From NCBI GenBank assembly GCA_964444495.1, contig CAYUHN010000001.1, positions 1,834 to 65,833 of the forward strand: a DNA stretch of 64,000 bases, given 5' to 3'. Every line of letters begins with the position of its first letter. The first letter of the stretch is position 1. The position numbers and the translations under genes are program-made. Source of the stretch: an uncultured Roseibacillus sp. Lineage in GTDB: Bacteria; Verrucomicrobiota; Verrucomicrobiia; Verrucomicrobiales; Akkermansiaceae. The notes under the pieces are model-generated. The model made no database searches and was not told the origin of the DNA. It saw nothing but the letters and a program-made list of their open reading frames with translations. This document shows positions 45,567 to 54,748 of this stretch, piece after piece.

Positions 45567-48071
45567 TCAGTTTGCCACGATGTTGACCAGTTTCCCAGGG
45601 ACGACGATAATCTTGCGAATAGTTTTTCCTTCGGTGTGTTGTTGGACCGAGGGATCAGCTTGCGCTTGAGCTTCTAGGTCGTCTTTTGATATTTCTGCAG
45701 GAACCTGTAGCTTCGCGCGAAGCTTTCCATTGACTTGAACAATGACAGTGATTTCCGATTCGACGAGAAGGGATTCGTCGAATTTTGGCCATCCTTGTTC
45801 GCTGAGGAGTTCGGTTTGACCAAGAAGGCTGTTGAGTTCCTCGCTTAAATGAGGAGCGAAGGGGTTCAGGATTCTAAGGAAATCGAAGAAGAGGTCTTGC
45901 GGGATTTCTGGCGCTTTGTTGTAGGCGTTCACGCATTCCATCATGGAGGAGATGGCAGTGTTGAAACGGAGGCCTTCGATGTCTTCGCCTACTTTCTTGA
46001 TGGTAGCGTGGGTGATTTTAGCAAGGTCAGTGGATGAGGATTCCTCATTCACTTTGTCGCGTAGACGCCAGACTTTGGCCAAGAAGCGGAAGACGCCTTC
46101 TACGCCTTTCATGGACCAAGGTTTGACCTGTTCTAAAGGCCCCATGAACATTTCGTAGAGGCGAAGGCTGTCCGCTCCGTACTGTTCGACGACATCGTCG
46201 GGGTTGACGACATTGCCGAGGGACTTGGACATTTTTTGCCCGTCTTCACCCATGATGAGCCCTGGGGCAAAGTACTTCTTAAAAGGTTCGTTCGACTTGA
46301 GATGGCCGAGGTCATGGAGGACCTTGTGCCAGAAGCGAGAGTATAGGAGGTGAAGGACAGCGTGTTCTTTGCCTCCCACATAAAAGTCTACAAAGGCATC
46401 TTCATTGGACCAGTAGTCTTCGATTTCTGAACCAATGAAGGCATTTTCATTGCTGGGATCACAGTATCGTAAGAAATACCAACAGGAACCAGCCCACTGA
46501 GGCATTGTGTTGGTTTCACGTTCGAATTCTTCGGAGTAGTTGATCCAGTCCGTTGCTTTGAGAAGGGGGCCGCGAGGGTCGCCAGTAGGTTTGAAGTCCT
46601 CCATCTCGGGTTGGAGGAGAGGGAGTTCAGATTCGGGTAAAGCGGCATGTCCGCCAGTGTTTTTGTCCCAGAGAAGAGGAAAGGGTTCGCCCCAGTAGCG
46701 CTGGCGAGAGAAGAGCCAGTCACGGAGTTTATAGTTGATACGTCGTTCGCCTTTTTTTTCTGCTTCGAGCCAATCGATCATTTTAGCTTTGGCTTCAGCA
46801 GTGGGAAGGCCATCAAGGAAGCCTGAATTGATTGCGGTTCCGGGGGCTGTGTAACCTTGCCAGTCGGAATCATCTTTTGGTTGGACCACTTGCACGACCG
46901 AAATTTCGAATTTTTGAGCAAATTCGAAGTCGCGTTCATCATGGGCAGGAACGGCCATAATCGCACCGGTGCCGTAGCCCATCATTACGTAGTCAGAAAT
47001 CCAGACTGGGATTTCTTCACCATTGGCGGGGTTGATGGCAAAGGCTCCAGTAGGTTCGCCGGTTTTGTCTTTGTTAAGCTCGGTACGCTCGAGGTCAGAC
47101 TTGGAAGCGCAGGTCTCTTTGTAGGCTTTGACTGCTTCGGCTTGCTCGGGAGTCGTGATCTGATCGACGAGAGGGTGCTCGGGAGCGAGGACCATATAGG
47201 TGGCCCCGAAGAGGGTATCGGGTCGAGTGGTGAAGACAGTAACCGTTTCGCCATTGATCGTGAAATCGACTTCTGCTCCTTCGCTACGACCAATCCAGTT
47301 GCGCTGAAGAGCTTTGATGGATTCAGGCCAGTCGAGTGGTTCGAGTTCGTCGATTAAGCGTTGAGCGTATTTGGTGATACGGAGCATCCATTGGCGGAGA
47401 GGACGGCGTTCGACGGTTTCGCCTTTGGCCTTCCATTCTTCAACTTCTTCGTTGGCGAGAACGGTGCCCAAGGTGGGAGACCAGTTGACGGGCGCTTCAT
47501 GGATAAAAGCGAGTCGGACTTCGTCGATTTGTTCACGAGTCCAGCCTTTGGCTTCGAGTTCTGAGACGGGTTTGGCTTTCTGACACTCTTCGCAGAAGTA
47601 AGAGTTGTAGAGCTGGATGAAAATCCACTGGGTCCATTTGACGTAGCCTGGGTCGGTGGTATTGACTTCGCGATCCCAATCGTAAGCGAAGCCGAGAGCT
47701 TGGAGTTGGCGGCGGAAGTTATTGATGTTGGCCTCGGTGGTAACGCGGGGATGTTGACCGGTTTTGATGGCATATTGCTCGGCGGGGAGTCCAAAAGCGT
47801 CCCAGCCCATGGGGTGAAGAACGTTGAATCCGTTCATGCGCTTGTAGCGCCCAATGATATCGGTGGCGGTGTAGCCCTCGGGATGCCCAACATGGAGACC
47901 CGCTCCTGATGGGTAAGGGAACATGTCGAGGACGTAATATTTCGGCTTAGAGGAATCGAAATCGGAATCGCCAGGATTTGGCGTACGGTACGTCTTTTCG
48001 TCAGCCCAGCGTTTTTGCCAGCGGGGTTCGAAATCGGAAAAAGGAAAGGGTGCGGAGGTCGCTTCGGACAT
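45567..48071 (-). CDS. leuS: leucine--tRNA ligase
   Basis: HVGHPEGY (HIGH) and KMSKS motifs, a CP1 editing domain, and about 834 aa. Start placed at ATG 48071 (MSEATSAPF). Confidence 0.97.
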   Translation of the reverse strand: MSEATSAPFPFSDFEPRWQKRWADEKTYRTPNPGDSDFDSSKPKYYVLDMFPYPSGAGLHVGHPEGYTATDIIGRYKRMNGFNVLHPMGWDAFGLPAEQYAIKTGQHPRVTTEANINNFRRQLQALGFAYDWDREVNTTDPGYVKWTQWIFIQLYNSYFCEECQKAKPVSELEAKGWTREQIDEVRLAFIHEAPVNWSPTLGTVLANEEVEEWKAKGETVERRPLRQWMLRITKYAQRLIDELEPLDWPESIKALQRNWIGRSEGAEVDFTINGETVTVFTTRPDTLFGATYMVLAPEHPLVDQITTPEQAEAVKAYKETCASKSDLERTELNKDKTGEPTGAFAINPANGEEIPVWISDYVMMGYGTGAIMAVPAHDERDFEFAQKFEISVVQVVQPKDDSDWQGYTAPGTAINSGFLDGLPTAEAKAKMIDWLEAEKKGERRINYKLRDWLFSRQRYWGEPFPLLWDKNTGGHAALPESELPLLQPEMEDFKPTGDPRGPLLKATDWINYSEEFERETNTMPQWAGSCWYFLRYCDPSNENAFIGSEIEDYWSNEDAFVDFYVGGKEHAVLHLLYSRFWHKVLHDLGHLKSNEPFKKYFAPGLIMGEDGQKMSKSLGNVVNPDDVVEQYGADSLRLYEMFMGPLEQVKPWSMKGVEGVFRFLAKVWRLRDKVNEESSSTDLAKITHATIKKVGEDIEGLRFNTAISSMMECVNAYNKAPEIPQDLFFDFLRILNPFAPHLSEELNSLLGQTELLSEQGWPKFDESLLVESEITVIVQVNGKLRAKLQVPAEISKDDLEAQAQADPSVQQHTEGKTIRKIIVVPGKLVNIVAN

Positions 48072-48183
48072 GATGAGGCGACCCAAGCAAAAAAGTCAGT
48101 GAGGCTCCAGACTTTATCAATGCAGGGCATCTTCAGTGATCCGATTCTGGAAAAATGAACTTAAATTTCTTTGATTCGAAGAC

Positions 48184-48219
48184 AAAATAAAAAACCGCCT
48201 CCCGATTTTGAGAGGCGGT
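48184..48219 (-). terminator. rho-independent terminator of the basic lipoprotein gene
   Basis: Stem accgcctc / gaggcggt (48194-48201 / 48212-48219). On the minus strand it is followed by a T-rich run (plus-strand aaaataaaaaa). It lies 41 nt downstream of the stop. Confidence 0.7.
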
Positions 48220-48259
48220 CTGGATCTCTAGAATTTAGGAACGGTTTCTTTAAAGAAAA

Positions 48260-49186
48260 TTAAAGAACTTGGCGGCCACCGCGGCCACCGCTACGGCCGC
48301 GTGAGGAGCTGCGCTGGTTCGAGGAGGAGCGACTGTTGCTGCTTCTGCTACTTCCACGGGAATTGTAATTTCGAGTGTTGTTGCTACTTCTGCGAGTGCT
48401 ACTGCTTCGGCTGTATTGCTTCTGATTAGGTGAAAACGATTGGCGAGATTGAATACTCTGCTGTTGTTGGCGAGTAGTGGTTCGTTGTCGTGCAATACTT
48501 TGTTGTCTGGGGGCCTGTTGGCGGCTAGGAGTGGAGCGAAAATTTTGGTTTTGGTTTGAAACTCTCGTGCGATTACTTCGCGATTGAGGTGATCTTTGCG
48601 ACTGAGGTCTCTGTGACTGGGGCCTTTGTGACTGACGTTGTGCGCCAGTGAAGGTCCGGTTAGTAGTCGAAGGACGGGGTTGACTTGAGCGCTGAGGGCG
48701 GCGGGTATCGCGGTCGCGGTTGGTTCCACGATTAGTCCCCCGATTGGTGTTCGGCTGTGGACGACGCTGAGCGTTAGTCCTACGATTGTTGATGGTTCGG
48801 TTATTGGTTCTACGATACCTAGTTCCGAGGTGAGGTAGGCGAGAAGGGGCTGATAGGACACGGCCAGAAACATAGCCTGTTGGGTAAAAAGCAGTGTTGT
48901 AGCGACGTGGAAGCGATCTGTAATAGGCGCCAGAGGAGAGGTTGTAATATCGGCCTAGGCTGTAGTCATAGTAAGAGCGGTAGAAAGGGCTGTATCCCCA
49001 GCGAGGGTCACTGGTGGCGATGATACCAGCTACCGAGCTGCTTCGGACTCCGCCAACCCCGACTCCGCCAAATCCGACTCCACTAGATGCGGCGACTCCA
49101 GAATATCCGTAACCGCCGGGAACGACGCAGGAGGGGAGAGCTAAGAGGGTGGCTAGTGCCGAGAGTAAAATTAGAGATCTTTTCAT
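48260..49186 (-). CDS. lipoprotein with Gly/Tyr-rich segment and very long Arg/Ser/Gln/Asn/Thr-rich low-complexity tail
   Basis: MKRSLILLSALATLLALPSC is a lipobox. It is followed by GYGYSG / GVGVGG, then a YY-rich stretch, then about 200 aa such as RRTNNRTINNRRTNAQRRPQPNTNRGTNRGTNRDRD...QRPQSQRPQSQRSPQS...SSSRGRSGGRGGRQVL. Start moved to ATG 49186. It is flanked by terminators on both sides. Confidence 0.7.
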   Translation of the reverse strand: MKRSLILLSALATLLALPSCVVPGGYGYSGVAASSGVGFGGVGVGGVRSSSVAGIIATSDPRWGYSPFYRSYYDYSLGRYYNLSSGAYYRSLPRRYNTAFYPTGYVSGRVLSAPSRLPHLGTRYRRTNNRTINNRRTNAQRRPQPNTNRGTNRGTNRDRDTRRPQRSSQPRPSTTNRTFTGAQRQSQRPQSQRPQSQRSPQSRSNRTRVSNQNQNFRSTPSRQQAPRQQSIARQRTTTRQQQQSIQSRQSFSPNQKQYSRSSSTRRSSNNTRNYNSRGSSRSSNSRSSSNQRSSSRGRSGGRGGRQVL

Positions 49187-49284
49187 AGTGTTCGAAGGTA
49201 AAACGGATTTGTGGGGGGGCAATATTCAATCTTTTTTACCTATTCTGTGGAGGAGAGCTTTGATGGCAAGGCCGTTAAAATACA

Positions 49285-49324
49285 AAAGCCCCGTCGGACA
49301 GCACCAATAGTCCGGCGGGGCTTT
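49285..49324 (-). terminator. strong (structurally bidirectional) rho-independent terminator after the thioredoxin-like gene
   Basis: 14-bp stem (aaagccccgtcgga / tccggcggggcttt, one G-U pair) with a 12-nt loop. It is flanked by an A-rich run upstream and a T-rich run downstream. Confidence 0.75.
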
Positions 49325-49361
49325 GTTTTTATTTCAGAAAATAAATTCCTGAAAAAATTCT

Positions 49362-49787
49362 TTATTTCTTCACCTCGGCGAGATGAGCGAGGAAAGTATC
49401 GACGGTACGGTAGGTTGTTGCGGTGAAGCGCTCGTATTCTTTTCCTTTAGAATTGAGGAGAACTACAGTCGGGAAAGCTTCGATGCTGTAGGTTTTAGCG
49501 TAAGGCTCGTTTGCTTTGGAAACCTTCTTGTCTCCTCGTGGAAAGTCGAGTTCAACAAGGATAAAGTCTTTAGAGGCAGTAGAAGTGAATTCGCTCTTGG
49601 TGAAGACGTTCTTGTGCATGTATTGACATGGTGGGCACCAGTCTGAACCTGTAAACTGCAGAAGGACGTTTTTGTTTTCGGCTTTGGCCTTTTTCAAAGC
49701 AGCCTCAACATCAGTTGACCAACCGCTAGCGGCATTGGCGATAAGTGAAGTGAGGGCAAAGGCGAACACAGCGAATAATGTTTTCAT
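49362..49787 (-). CDS. secreted thioredoxin-fold protein (CxxC)
   Basis: Signal peptide MKTLFAVFAFALTSLIANAAS, and FTGSDWCPPCQYM with a WCPPC active site. Confidence 0.88.
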   Translation of the reverse strand: MKTLFAVFAFALTSLIANAASGWSTDVEAALKKAKAENKNVLLQFTGSDWCPPCQYMHKNVFTKSEFTSTASKDFILVELDFPRGDKKVSKANEPYAKTYSIEAFPTVVLLNSKGKEYERFTATTYRTVDTFLAHLAEVKK

Positions 49788-49856
49788 CGATTAATAAGAC
49801 GTTCGGATTAGGAATATATTTCCAAAAAATTGCCCTCTTTGTTTTTCTTTTCTGAG

Positions 49857-50468
49857 ATGAGTAAGGAAAAGCTCCTTGTAGCCACTAGAAATCAGAAAAA
49901 GACGGTAGAGATCAGAGGGATGCTGAAAGGCTATCTGGACGTGCTGGATGTGACCGAGCTTGAAGCTACAGGAAAAAAACTCCCTGAAATTGAGGAAACA
50001 GGGACGACCTTTAGTGAAAATGCCACTTTAAAAGCGGTTGGAATTAGCCGGGAGGTCGAAGGGTGGGTCTTGGCTGACGATTCTGGGCTCGAAGTCGATG
50101 GCCTGGGCGGTGAGCCGGGTGTTTATTCTTCTAGCTATGGTGGGGAAGAGGGAAATCATTTGAGAAATAACCAACGTCTCTCTCTCGAATTGATGTCTCT
50201 TGAGGCGGCAGAGCGTAAAGGGCGTTTTCGTTGTGTGATGGTCTTGGCAAAAGATGGAAAAGTGAGGGCGGAGTTTGCTGGGGTAGTGGAAGGTGAGTTG
50301 ATTTCTGAGCCAAGAGGAGAAGAAGGCTTTGGATACGACCCATACTTCGTTCCAGAAGAATACGTGGAGACTTTTGCTGAACTCGGGCTGGAAGTGAAAA
50401 ATGCTATGAGCCATCGCGGGCGTGCTCTCGGTCAGGTCCGAGAGTGGCTAGCAGCCGAGCTCGGTTAG
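49857..50468 (+). CDS. rdgB: dITP/XTP pyrophosphatase (RdgB/HAM1 family)
   Basis: LLVATRNQKKTVEI, ENATLKA, ADDSGLEVDGLGGEPGVYSS, FGYDPYF and SHRGRAL motifs. Start at ATG 49857. Confidence 0.92.
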   Translation: MSKEKLLVATRNQKKTVEIRGMLKGYLDVLDVTELEATGKKLPEIEETGTTFSENATLKAVGISREVEGWVLADDSGLEVDGLGGEPGVYSSSYGGEEGNHLRNNQRLSLELMSLEAAERKGRFRCVMVLAKDGKVRAEFAGVVEGELISEPRGEEGFGYDPYFVPEEYVETFAELGLEVKNAMSHRGRALGQVREWLAAELG

Positions 50469-50494
50469 CCGCTTGTTGAGTATTCTCCGGCTAT

Positions 50495-51634
50495 TTAAGA
50501 CTCGAGATGATATTTCATCTGAGGAGCGAAGAGGTGCGGTTCGAGAAGAAAGGAATCGTGACCTTTGTCCGAGTGAACCGTTAGGTGGGTGACGGGAACT
50601 GAGCAACTTTCGAGGTCTCTGACTAGCTCGGCTTGTTCTTCTGGGTAGAAGCAGAAGTCGGAGTCGATGGAGAAGACGAGATAGTGGTGGTTATGTTCGC
50701 GAGAAGGAGCGAAGAGCTCTTTTTCATCTGCAGCGTTGGCCTCCCTGAGAGCATTGTAGGAAGACCACATATCGATAATGCGCAAGTAGGTATTCGCGTC
50801 GAAACGGTGGGTGAACTTTTTTCCCTGATGCAGCATGTAGGACTGAAAGGGGTCGGTGACTTTGTACCAGGAGAGTAACTCCGATTCTTCGGAAATTTCG
50901 CGACGAGCTCGACGTTCAAAGGCATCGATGTGAACGAAGGTTTTATGCGAAATCATTCTAGCGATGGCGAGTCCAAGGCTCGGAGGTTGCTTGTCGTAGT
51001 AGTCACCGCCAGAGAAGTGAGGGTCGTTTTCGATCGAGAGGATTTGCTCGAAAAGAAGAAGTCGATTGAGAATGGTATTCTTGTAGGAAGAAGCGAGCGA
51101 GACAACTTTAGAGACTCGTTCGGGAAAGAGATTGGCAAAGGTGAGAGCACAGAGGCCGCCGACGGATGGTCCGATCACGCTTTGAAGTTTTTCGATGCCG
51201 ATCTCGTTTAACAGGCGAGCGGCGAAACGAGCTTGATCGCCGACAGAAACGCGAGGAAAGCGTGAACCGTAGGGCCGTTTGGTGTCAGGCTCAATTGAGG
51301 AGGGACCAGTGGAGCCGTAACACCCTCCAAGGTAATTGAGAGTGATGATACAAAAGCGATCGGTGTCGAGAGCTTTACCGGGTCCAATGAAGTCTTGCCA
51401 CCAGCCTTGATGCATTTCTTCGGTCCAGTTATCGAGGTCGGGAATGGAAGGGTTGAGGCCGTAAGCGTGGTGTGAGCCGGAGAGCGCATGGAAGAGAAGA
51501 ATGGCATTGGAGCCTTCCGAATTCAGTTTACCATATTGTTCATAGGCAATAGTGGCGTCGCGCAATTCCATTCCTGCTGCCACGGTGAAGGTGCTGAGAT
51601 GGCAGAACTGGGTTTGAAGAGAAGGGATGTTCAC
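50495..51634 (-). CDS. metX: homoserine O-acetyltransferase
   Basis: IAYEQYGKLNSEGSNAILLFHALSGSHHA, a GPSVGG nucleophile elbow, and a C-terminal GHDSFL. The annotated start is GTG 51634; an alternative ATG lies at 51571. Confidence 0.9.
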   Translation of the reverse strand: MNIPSLQTQFCHLSTFTVAAGMELRDATIAYEQYGKLNSEGSNAILLFHALSGSHHAYGLNPSIPDLDNWTEEMHQGWWQDFIGPGKALDTDRFCIITLNYLGGCYGSTGPSSIEPDTKRPYGSRFPRVSVGDQARFAARLLNEIGIEKLQSVIGPSVGGLCALTFANLFPERVSKVVSLASSYKNTILNRLLLFEQILSIENDPHFSGGDYYDKQPPSLGLAIARMISHKTFVHIDAFERRARREISEESELLSWYKVTDPFQSYMLHQGKKFTHRFDANTYLRIIDMWSSYNALREANAADEKELFAPSREHNHHYLVFSIDSDFCFYPEEQAELVRDLESCSVPVTHLTVHSDKGHDSFLLEPHLFAPQMKYHLES

Positions 51635-51675
51635 GAGGAAGGGGTCGGGTCTGAGCGAAAGAGTTGTGCCTCGAT

Positions 51676-52197
51676 TTATTCCGTTTTGACAGCCTTGATT
51701 TTTTTAACACAGATATCTTCTGTGAGTAGGTAACGTTCGAGAAGGAAGAATTCGAGACTTCCTTTTTTAGCAGTTTGAAGTGTTTTTGTATTACAACGAT
51801 ATTCGTATTTTACTTTTTGTTGCCATTTAGCCTCCTTGGGTGGGAGCGGGTAGCGGATGAAGTTTTCGGCTTTTTTTGCCGACATACGAGCGTGTTCGTA
51901 AGGGGTGAAAGAGCTTGCGAGCGAGGGGTTGGTTGCAATCTAGCGAGTAGAACCAGACTCCAGGGCGCCATGTTCATTGTAAACGCAGGTTCGAAGATTG
52001 AGTTCAAGAAACCATGGAATTCCAGGGAGCGGGGGACAGAAGCGAGGCCGATCTTTTCCATGAAGAAGGGAACGGCTCCAAGAAAGGCATCCCTTTCAAA
52101 GGTATCGAGAGTGAGCCTGGCGGGAAGAGTAGTGGAGAGCAGATCTGGGTCGAATTTCCAATGGAGAAAGAGAAGGGTCAGACCAGCGTTGAAACAT
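51676..52197 (-). pseudogene. DUF2071 (COG2071, YqjF-like) gene disrupted by multiple frameshifts
   Basis: Hand translation recovers consecutive DUF2071-like blocks in alternating frames. The blocks are MFQRWSD | LLFLHWKFDPDLLSTTLPARLTLDTFERDAFLGAVPFFMEKIGLASV | PPLPGIPWFLELNLRTCVYNEHG | PGVWFYSLDCNQPLARKLFH | PYEHARMSAKKAENFIRY...GSLEFFLLERYLL. No single frame is open across the region. Confidence 0.6.
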
Positions 52198-52245
52198 GAC
52201 TGGCTTATTGGAAGGAGGCTCGTCGTTGTTCCAAAGGAGCGGTCA

Positions 52246-53595
52246 TTACTCAGGATCAGGTTCGTTTGAATCCTTTTTATGATCGTCCTCTTCATCTTCG
52301 AGCGGGTCAAAGTGAGGATCTTCTTCACGAGATTTTTGCTCGTGATAGAGGTCATCATCATGATCCTTATGCCAGTCTTCATTTTCATCTTTGTCTAGAA
52401 GCTCGTCGCTGTGGGCAGCGGAGGTTCCGGGAGCAGAGATGACGCGTGGCTCCGGTTCGGGAGTGACTTCGCTATCGTCAGAGTGGTCAGAGTTTTTTGC
52501 CGCTTTGCGTTTCTTTCTTTCGAGGAGTAAGGTGAGCCAGATGCAGCTTTCGTAGAGGATATACATTGGGCCAGCTAAGAGCCCGAGGGTAAGAGCATCT
52601 GGGGTAGGGGTAATGAGGGCCGCAATTACGACGATGGCGAGGATAGCGTAGGAGCGAGTCGACTTCATGGTGTCGTAGCTCAGTAGCTCAAGTTTTACTA
52701 GCGTCATCACGACAACTGGGAGTTCAAAAGCGAGGCCAAAGATGAGAACGAATTGAGTGGCAAAACTGATATAGTAGCCGATTCGCCAGTCGTTCTGAAT
52801 GCCCATATCAAGCGAGTAGCCGTAGAAGAAGGCGAGGACGTTCTTCAGAATAATAAAGTAGGCGAAGAGGACCCCGGAGAGAAAGAGAACAAATCCGATG
52901 CCAAGAGCTGGGAAAAGGGCTTTCTGTTCCTTTTCCAACATCCCTGGAAGGATAAACTGAAGGATAAAGTAGAGTAAAAGCGGGAAGGTGAGAACAAGAG
53001 CCGCAAAGAACGAGAGCTTGATAGAAAGCATAAAGCCTTCTGTGGGGTTGAGAGATTGCATAATGACCATGCGTCCCTTCGCCTCGATGGAGGAATTGGG
53101 ATCACCTTTGACAAGAGCTTTGAGTTGCTTGCGAAGCTCGTCAGAGATTCCGGGTAAGCCGGAAATATAGGCGAGTTGTTTTTTTTCATCATCAATGGCT
53201 TGGGCTGCCCGAAAGTGGAAGGCTGACTCGACGTGAAAAGCAAATATTGGGTCTTTGTGTTCAGCTGATTTGATCAGGTGAGCCCGCTGTTCGTTGGAGA
53301 GCCCGATCGAGGCGTTGGCAACGCGAAGGGCGTCTTCCCAGGTTTCGACTGAAGGTTTGGGGTCGAGTTTTTTGAGCGAGCTCTTTTGGGTGTCTAGCCA
53401 AACGCTCTCCACCGGATGGCGGATGATTTTCATGAGCTGGTTGCGGAAGGCGTAGCAAACGATCATTCCGATCAGTAAGGTGAGGATGATTCGAGTGATC
53501 GTAACACGCAAATCATCAAGATGATCAAGAAAAGGCTTTTCGGCCTCGGGATTACCTCCGTCACGAATTTCGAAAAGTTTTTTTAGGAAAAACAT
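52246..53595 (-). CDS. tatC: twin-arginine translocase subunit TatC, enlarged form
   Basis: KPFLDHLDDLRVTITRIILTLLIG (HLxELR motif), NPTEGFMLSIKLSFFAALVLTFPLLLYFILQFILPGMLEKEQK (E-F...P...Q.w.F..PgL..E motif), and six TM helices. It also has a roughly 110-aa insert after TM1 and a roughly 95-aa acidic / His-rich C-terminal tail. Confidence 0.8.
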   Translation of the reverse strand: MFFLKKLFEIRDGGNPEAEKPFLDHLDDLRVTITRIILTLLIGMIVCYAFRNQLMKIIRHPVESVWLDTQKSSLKKLDPKPSVETWEDALRVANASIGLSNEQRAHLIKSAEHKDPIFAFHVESAFHFRAAQAIDDEKKQLAYISGLPGISDELRKQLKALVKGDPNSSIEAKGRMVIMQSLNPTEGFMLSIKLSFFAALVLTFPLLLYFILQFILPGMLEKEQKALFPALGIGFVLFLSGVLFAYFIILKNVLAFFYGYSLDMGIQNDWRIGYYISFATQFVLIFGLAFELPVVVMTLVKLELLSYDTMKSTRSYAILAIVVIAALITPTPDALTLGLLAGPMYILYESCIWLTLLLERKKRKAAKNSDHSDDSEVTPEPEPRVISAPGTSAAHSDELLDKDENEDWHKDHDDDLYHEQKSREEDPHFDPLEDEEDDHKKDSNEPDPE

Positions 53596-53686
53596 GTTGT
53601 TATTGAGCGGGATGCGCTGGGCGGACGCTAGCAGCGAGAACAGAACTAGCGAACGGAAAATTCTTCAAAGATGTATTTTATCGAAT

Positions 53687-54628
53687 TTATCTTTGATTTT
53701 GGGCATTTTCGATTGCGAGGGCGGCACAGCCGAGAATGCCTGCTTCGTTACCAAAGGCAGCAGGGAGAACTTGGAGGTTTTCACGAAACGGTTTTCCAAT
53801 TTGTGAAAAGAGCTTTTCTTTAAGCGGCTCAAACAGGAGAGGTCCGGCTTGAGCGACTCCTCCCCCGAGGATAATGGCCTCTGGATTAAGTAGAAATACA
53901 CTGGAAGTGAGAGCGCAGGCTAGGAAAGTGGCAAAGTCATCCCATAGTTGTAGGGCCACTTCGTCCCCTTCGGTAGCCGCTTGGGCGAGGACTTTTGGAT
54001 TGAGCTCTTCTTCCGGGGGCGTTTTGCCTGCGTCTTGGTATTGCTTCTTTGCTCTGGCTGTAAATTCTCGGTTGCCAAGATATTCTTCGAGTCCTCCAGG
54101 GTTGTTGTAGGGTCCCCGTAGTCCTTGGTAGTCGATCGAAATATGGCCCAGTTCACCTCCGACGGAATGAGCTCCACGAGCTAGATGGCCATCAATGATG
54201 AGTCCGCCGCCTACTCCAGTCCCTAGGGTGAGTGCGATGAGGTGTGAAAGTCCGAGCCCGCTTCCGAGTTTCCATTCCGCATAGGCCATGGCATTGGCGT
54301 CATTCTCAATAACGGTGGGAAGGTTCAGGCGCTTTTCGAGTTCGGTGCGTAGGTAAATGTTTTCCCAGCCAGGAACGTTGGTGAGGCGGTGAATCCGGCC
54401 TTCTTTGAAATCGACAAAGCCAGGTACTCCGACCCCAATAGCGCTAATTTCGGAGTGTTCTTTGCGAAAGGCTTCTACATTGGAGGCGATTTGATCGATG
54501 AGATCGGTGACCTTTGGAAAATCAGCGGTGACAATGGGTTCGGCTTTGGAAACGAGTTGTGAACCGGAGACCACACCCATCTTGATACTGGTCCCACCAA
54601 AGTCGATTCCGACGGAAAGAGGAGGCAT
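53687..54628 (-). CDS. ROK-family glucokinase-like sugar kinase
   Basis: GIDFGGTSIKMGVV, IENDANAMAYAEW, and ALTLGTGVGGGLIIDGHLARGAHSVGGELGHI. Confidence 0.85.
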   Translation of the reverse strand: MPPLSVGIDFGGTSIKMGVVSGSQLVSKAEPIVTADFPKVTDLIDQIASNVEAFRKEHSEISAIGVGVPGFVDFKEGRIHRLTNVPGWENIYLRTELEKRLNLPTVIENDANAMAYAEWKLGSGLGLSHLIALTLGTGVGGGLIIDGHLARGAHSVGGELGHISIDYQGLRGPYNNPGGLEEYLGNREFTARAKKQYQDAGKTPPEEELNPKVLAQAATEGDEVALQLWDDFATFLACALTSSVFLLNPEAIILGGGVAQAGPLLFEPLKEKLFSQIGKPFRENLQVLPAAFGNEAGILGCAALAIENAQNQR

Positions 54629-54748
54629 GTCAGGAGGCTAGCAGTTTTGCTTTCGAGTAAAATTGAAAAGAGAACAGATTCGGGGAAGTTTTTTTAAGAT
54701 TAAAGGAATAGCGTTGACTGACTCGAAATTTTCAGGAAATTCTGAAAC

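Noticed and set aside
48250-48873. 207-aa alternative frame within the basic lipoprotein gene
   Set aside because: It has no signal or start context and overlaps the frame that carries a proper lipoprotein signal peptide. Repetitive DNA keeps several frames open by chance.
48260-49186. Repetitive DNA considered as a tandem-repeat or CRISPR-like element
   Set aside because: The repeats are short, imperfect and in-frame (codon-level low complexity). There are no regularly spaced identical repeats with unique spacers.
51775-52388. ORFs 51810..52388 (-, 192 aa) and 51775..52269 (+, 164 aa) as genuine genes
   Set aside because: The minus ORF overlaps the tatC 3' end, and only its middle part makes sense, as one frame-segment of the DUF2071-like pseudogene. 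The plus ORF is antisense to that segment.
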